64,000 bases of DNA from NCBI GenBank assembly GCA_964016885.1, contig OZ024742.1, positions 45,880,001-45,944,000 on the forward strand, given 5' to 3'. The notes under the pieces were generated by a model. It ran no database searches and was not told the DNA's origin. It saw only the letters and a program-made list of their open reading frames with translations. Every line of letters starts with the position of its first letter. The first letter of the stretch is position 1. Positions 59,301 through 64,000 of this stretch are shown here, piece after piece. The position numbers were made by a program, and so were the translations under genes. The DNA comes from Eledone cirrhosa. Its lineage: Eukaryota.

Positions 59301-59817
59301 AGGGTTAAAGACATAGGTAGTGTCTCTCTTTAGAAATATGGTAATAAAAGGGTTAAAGACATAGGTAGTATCTTTCATTGGAAATATGGTAATAAAAGGG
59401 TTAAAGACATAGGTAGTGTCTTTCATTAGAAATATGGTAATAAAAGGGTTAAAGACATAGGTAGTGTCTTTCCTTAGAAATATGGTAATAAAAGGGTTAT
59501 AGATATAGGTAATATCTTTCATTAGAAATATGGTAATAAAAGGATTAAAGACATAGGTAGTGTCTCTGTTTAGAAATATGGTAATAAAAGGGTAAAAGAC
59601 ATAGGTAGTATCTTTCATTAGAAATATGGTAATAAAAGGTTTAAAGACATAGGTAGTATCTTTCATTAGAAATATTGTAATAAAAGGGTTAAAGACATAG
59701 GTAGTGTCTTTCATTAGAAATATGGTAATAAAAGGGTTAAAGACAGGTAGTGTCTTGCATTAGAAATATGGCAATAAAAGGGTTAAAGACATAGGTAGTG
59801 TGTTTCATTAGAAATAT
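35357..59817. repeat. 48-bp tandem satellite, about 510 monomers, with higher-order block duplications
   Basis: Consensus GAAATATGGTAATAAAAGGGTTAAAGACATAGGTAGTGTCTTTCATTA, with recurrent 44-bp variants and diagnostic substitutions. Confidence 0.98.
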
Positions 59818-59900
59818 TTTTTAGTGTATTTTCTTTTTACTTTTCGGACCTTCAGTTTTTTCTTTGATACAAGTTAGTTGAGTATAACTTTAGCCATATG

Positions 59901-60031
<131 letters not shown>

Positions 60032-60169
60032 TTGTGTATGCTGTAAGATCAGGTATTTAAAATGTGTATGCATCTTGTTGGTATTGAGGAGTTTTTCCTA
60101 AATCTATAGTTAGTTACAGCAAGAATAGAAAATCCTTGAACTGAACCAAAGTCATTAAAGCAATGTTTC

Positions 60170-60580
60170 GAACTTAGGTTAAAACAATAATTCTAAAGAT
60201 CTCAGACGTTTAAACAATGATTTTAGTGGTATCAAACAGATTTAAACAGTGATCTTAAAGATCTCAACTAAGGTTTAAACTATGATTTTAAAGATCTCAA
60301 ACTAAGGTTTAACTCTTTAGCATTGAAACTCGCCATACCCGACCAGAATTCTCTCACTTCCTTCTGTTCAAACCAGCCATAACTGGCTGTTCATATTGAT
60401 GTTAAGGTATTATTCTCAAGATAAATAATATCAAAATCTCGTAGATTCGATATTATGTGAGGTAAAACCTTTACCGTGAAAATACAATAGTATATATAGA
60501 GTAATGTAAATAAATGCTCAAGGGTTAAAACCATGATTTTAAAGGTTTCAAACAGAGATCAAAACAACAATTTTAAAAGT
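60170..60580. repeat. Degenerate 31-35-bp minisatellite interrupted by a MITE
   Basis: Repeats of ttaaacaatgattttaaagatctcaaac-like units on both sides of the MITE. Confidence 0.55.
60313..60524 (-). mobile_element. piggyBac-type MITE, second copy in the opposite orientation
   Basis: TTAA at 60309-60312 and 60525-60528, TIRs ctctttagcatt / aatgctcaaggg, and an interior that is the reverse-complement homolog of 16664-16881. Confidence 0.8.
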
Positions 60581-61144
60581 AATATATGACAATTTCCATT
60601 AGAAGTAACAATTGGAATGGCAAATAGATAAATGCAAATATACTAATGAAATTTTAGATGTACTTCTCAGTCAGTATATTTCTGACAGAAAGGAGATTAT
60701 TTTATTTGTATTTTCTTTTCAGGTTATGCTGAAAGTAACTTAACAACACAACAAAGAACCCAGCCTTGGGGAAAAAGGTTACTACTTGCTATACTATCTT
60801 CCTAGATATGCATGTACTATTAAATTCATTTGAACCTCAATAGAATGAAAGAAGAAAAAAAAGTACATCCAACCAGGTGGCACCTGTGTTAATAATCCTT
60901 TCACATATTTAAAAAATGATAGCAATTTATCATTCAGGGAAAATCAAATCTATTGGTGAGCTTACATGTGGTCAGCAAATATTTGATGGTGGTTAAATGT
61001 TAGCTGCAGATAATTATTAGAAAAAACAACCTTGTATCTCAGCAACTGCTTGAACAAGTTGAGTTTTTCTATCTGATATTTTGTACAAAACAATCAGTAA
61101 TTTCCTTTCTAATATCATTGTTTTCATTGCATTCTAAATGCTAA

Positions 61145-61148
61145 TGTA

Positions 61149-61180
<32 letters not shown>

Positions 61181-61185
61181 CACAT

Positions 61186-61261
<76 letters not shown>

Positions 61262-61272
61262 ATATATATATA

Positions 61273-61312
<40 letters not shown>

Positions 61313-61314
61313 CA

Positions 61315-61349
<35 letters not shown>
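61145..61349. repeat. Compound (TG)/(TA)/(CA) microsatellite
   Basis: Direct reading. Confidence 0.95.
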
Positions 61350-61351
<2 letters not shown>

Positions 61352-63890
61352 TCATCATCATCCTCATCGTTTAACGTCCATTTTCCATGCTAGCATGGGT
61401 CTGGACGGGAATTGTCCACTTGAGGCAAGATTGGTAGTCTTGCTCAGGACTGTCTGGCGGGTTTTCTACGGCTGCATGCTCTCCCTAACACCAACCACGT
61501 TTACAGTGTGGACTGGGAGGTTTTTACTGTGTTACCTACACGCCCACATTACAGCGTGGACTGTGTGTTTTATTGTTGTGACACCTACACGTCTGGCGGG
61601 TTTTCTACGGCTGGGTGCCCTTCCCAACACCAACCATGTTTAGAGTGTGGGACTGGGAGGTTTTTACCGTGTTACCTACACGGCCACATTACAGCATGGA
61701 CTGTGTGTTTTTTTGTCGTGACACCTACACGACCTCATTTGTTTCGGACTGGATGTTGTGGTACCAACATAATTTCACATTTTAGGGGGTGGTGTGGATG
61801 GGGTGGGGGTAGTGGGACGGGGGTGTATTTTGTTACAGGTGCCTACTTACTGTAGGTTTCGTTTTGTACTTAGGCAAGGCGGGTCTTCTGTATAACTGTG
61901 TAGCGCCAAAGATCTCGGTCCAGTCACATTGTCTTGGAGAGGTGTAAGTGTGTGAGGTCGGAATTTATCAAGTCGTCCCAGGTTTTTCTGGGTCTGCCTA
62001 CTCCGTGGCTACCGTCTATTTTTATCGCCCTGCACTTTTTTATACAGCTGTCGTCTTTCATGCGCATCACGTGACCGTACCAACATAGTCTTCTCTCATG
62101 TAAATAACATCTGATCCCTCTTATTCCTAATTTCTCCCTTAGTTCGTTTATGCTTTGCCGTTCACGTATATTACTATTACACATCCAGTGGAGCATGCAA
62201 GCTTCGTTTCTCTCCAGTCTGCGTATATCCTCTGCACACAATGCCCAGGTCTCACTGCCATGTAACATTGCTGTTCGTATGCAGGCATCATACAGCCTGC
62301 CTTTCATTTTTAGAGAGAACCCTTTAGCGGCCAATAGTGGTATAAGCTCTCTGAACTTTTTCCATCCCGTTCTGACTCTAGCTACTGTACTTTTAGAGCA
62401 CCTTCCACCACTGCTGATTTTGTCACCCAGGTAATGGAAGCTGTCCACTATTTCTATAGAACCCTCTGCGCAGTTGAAAGAGCTAGTATTTTGTGGGCAC
62501 TTGCTGCTACTTATTGTACCAGAGCACCGGCCACATATAAAATCTATATTCTTAGTTAGCTTACCTGTGATCCCACTACATCTTTTATGCACCCATACTT
62601 TGCATTTGGGACATAAGATAGAGTTTCTGCCTACTCCTTTCCTACACACTGAGCATGGCCATTTCCCAGATGGGACCGGTGCCCTATTTTCCTTCCTACA
62701 AACTAGAACTTTAGTCTTAGACAAGTTAACTTTAAGGCCTTTTGATTCTAGGTCATGCTTCCATGTTTGGAATTTCTTCTCTAGTTCCGCCATTGATTCA
62801 GCTATGAGCATTAGATCATCTGCGTATAGGAGTTCCCATGGGCAGCCGGTCTTGAACTCCTCTGTTATAGCCTGAAGGGCAATAATAAATAGTAGGGGGC
62901 TAAGGACGGAGCCCTGATGAACACCAACTTTTACACTAAACTCTTCACTATATTTGTTGTTAATTCTAACCTTGCTGACTGTTTCTTTATACATGGCTTG
63001 TATAGCTCTCACAAGCCATTCATCAACACCTAGTTTTCTAAGGGCCCACCAGATAATCGAGCGGGGTACTCTGTCAAAGGCTTTCTCCAAGTTAACAAAG
63101 GCTAAGTATAGGGGTTTACTTTTAGCTAGGTACTTCTCCTGTAGTTGTCGTACAATGAAAAGAGCGTCTGTGGTACTTTTGCCTGACACAAAACCGAACT
63201 ACATTTCATCTAGATCAATTCTCTCTCTGATTAGTTGCGCTATTACTTTTTCTGTGACCTTCATGACCTGGTCAATTAATTTAATGCCTCTATAGTTTCC
63301 CCTATCTAGGGCATCACCTTTACCCTTGTAGCAGTTAATGATAATGCTGCTGCGCCAGTCCTTCGGAACGACCCCATTCTGTATGACTTGGTTTACTGTC
63401 CGAGTGACCATAGTGTGTCCCACCATTTAAGATGCTTTCAGCATTTCAGCAACTATTTCCGAAGGCCCGGCCGCCTTGCCCGTCTTCATGTCTTTGATTG
63501 CCTTACTTATTATACTACCTTCAACTTGCACTGCTGGTCCCTCTATTGGGTCGATGTGGGGGAGACTGTCTTTCTCCCAATTATTCTCCTCATTTAGTAG
63601 CATTTCCAAGCTTTCTTCTTATCAGCGTCAGTGATTGCAAGTACACCATCATCATTAAGGACACACTTCTCCCCGACAATATCACTGTTTTCCTTGACAC
63701 ATTGCCTAGCAATCCTGTACACCTCACGTTTTTGGTCCTCGCGTTGTATAACATGCTTGAACTTTCTTTCCTCTACTTCCCTTCTTGCAAAGTACACTTG
63801 TCTCCTAGCTTCCCTCCTGGCCACTTGATAGTCTTCTCTACTTCCCCTATCCCGCCATACTTTCCAAGCCTGCTTTTTGGCCTTAATTGA
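61350..63890 (-). mobile_element. RTE LINE (family B-related), 5'-truncated, with stops and a roughly 140-bp duplication in the 3' UTR
   Basis: ORF pieces 63594-63824, 63427-63609, 63199-63426 and 61924-63189 reconstruct the RT. The segment gtctggcgggttttctacggctg occurs at both 61452 and 61591. Confidence 0.92.
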
Positions 63891-64000
63891 CTCCTCCTCT
63901 TAATTGAATCGGCCGGGTTAAACGTTTTCAGTGCACCCGGCCGATTAACCCACTCGATATGCGAATTGGGCTGCTCAGCCGTTAGTGTGCATAAGGTAAG

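Noticed and set aside
35345-59714. Dozens of minus-strand ORFs repeating MKDTTYVFNPFITIFL
   Set aside because: A 48-bp unit with one stop-free frame produces these automatically. 44-bp and 47-bp monomers and TAG/TGA variants break the frame throughout, so there is no sign of coding constraint.
35357-59817. CRISPR-like regular repeat array
   Set aside because: Monomers are contiguous with no unique spacers, there are no cas genes, and the context is eukaryotic.
60700-60785. Possible small host exon after the strong acceptor ttttcttttcag (60722), and a possible ATG|gtaag donor at about 14073
   Set aside because: No convincing matching splice partner or recognisable protein. It needs RNA-seq, and the window may be intronic.

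Overview
Repeat-dense eukaryotic DNA with no supportable host gene. The tRNA-derived SINEs, (TA)n tracts and RTE/Dong/Tx1/Helitron content resemble octopus (coleoid cephalopod) genomes; this is an inference from recognition, not a database result. Bases 1-32.8 kb are a mosaic of RTE LINE copies, a CR1 tail, an R4/Dong element, a near-full-length Tx1/L1-clade LINE, a decayed Helitron, SINEs, a TTAA-flanked MITE and several short non-coding Penelope-like (PLE) repeats. The Dong and Tx1 elements sit inside a single (TTA)n tract. Bases 32.8-59.8 kb are a 48-bp satellite of about 520 monomers with kb-scale higher-order duplications and one RTE insertion; its monomer starts like a piggyBac-type terminus. 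The most notable signal is eight type I hammerhead-ribozyme motifs in at least three non-coding repeat families. One family has a non-canonical CCGANGA core, an extended stem II and covarying helices. All folds were derived by eye and none has been tested.
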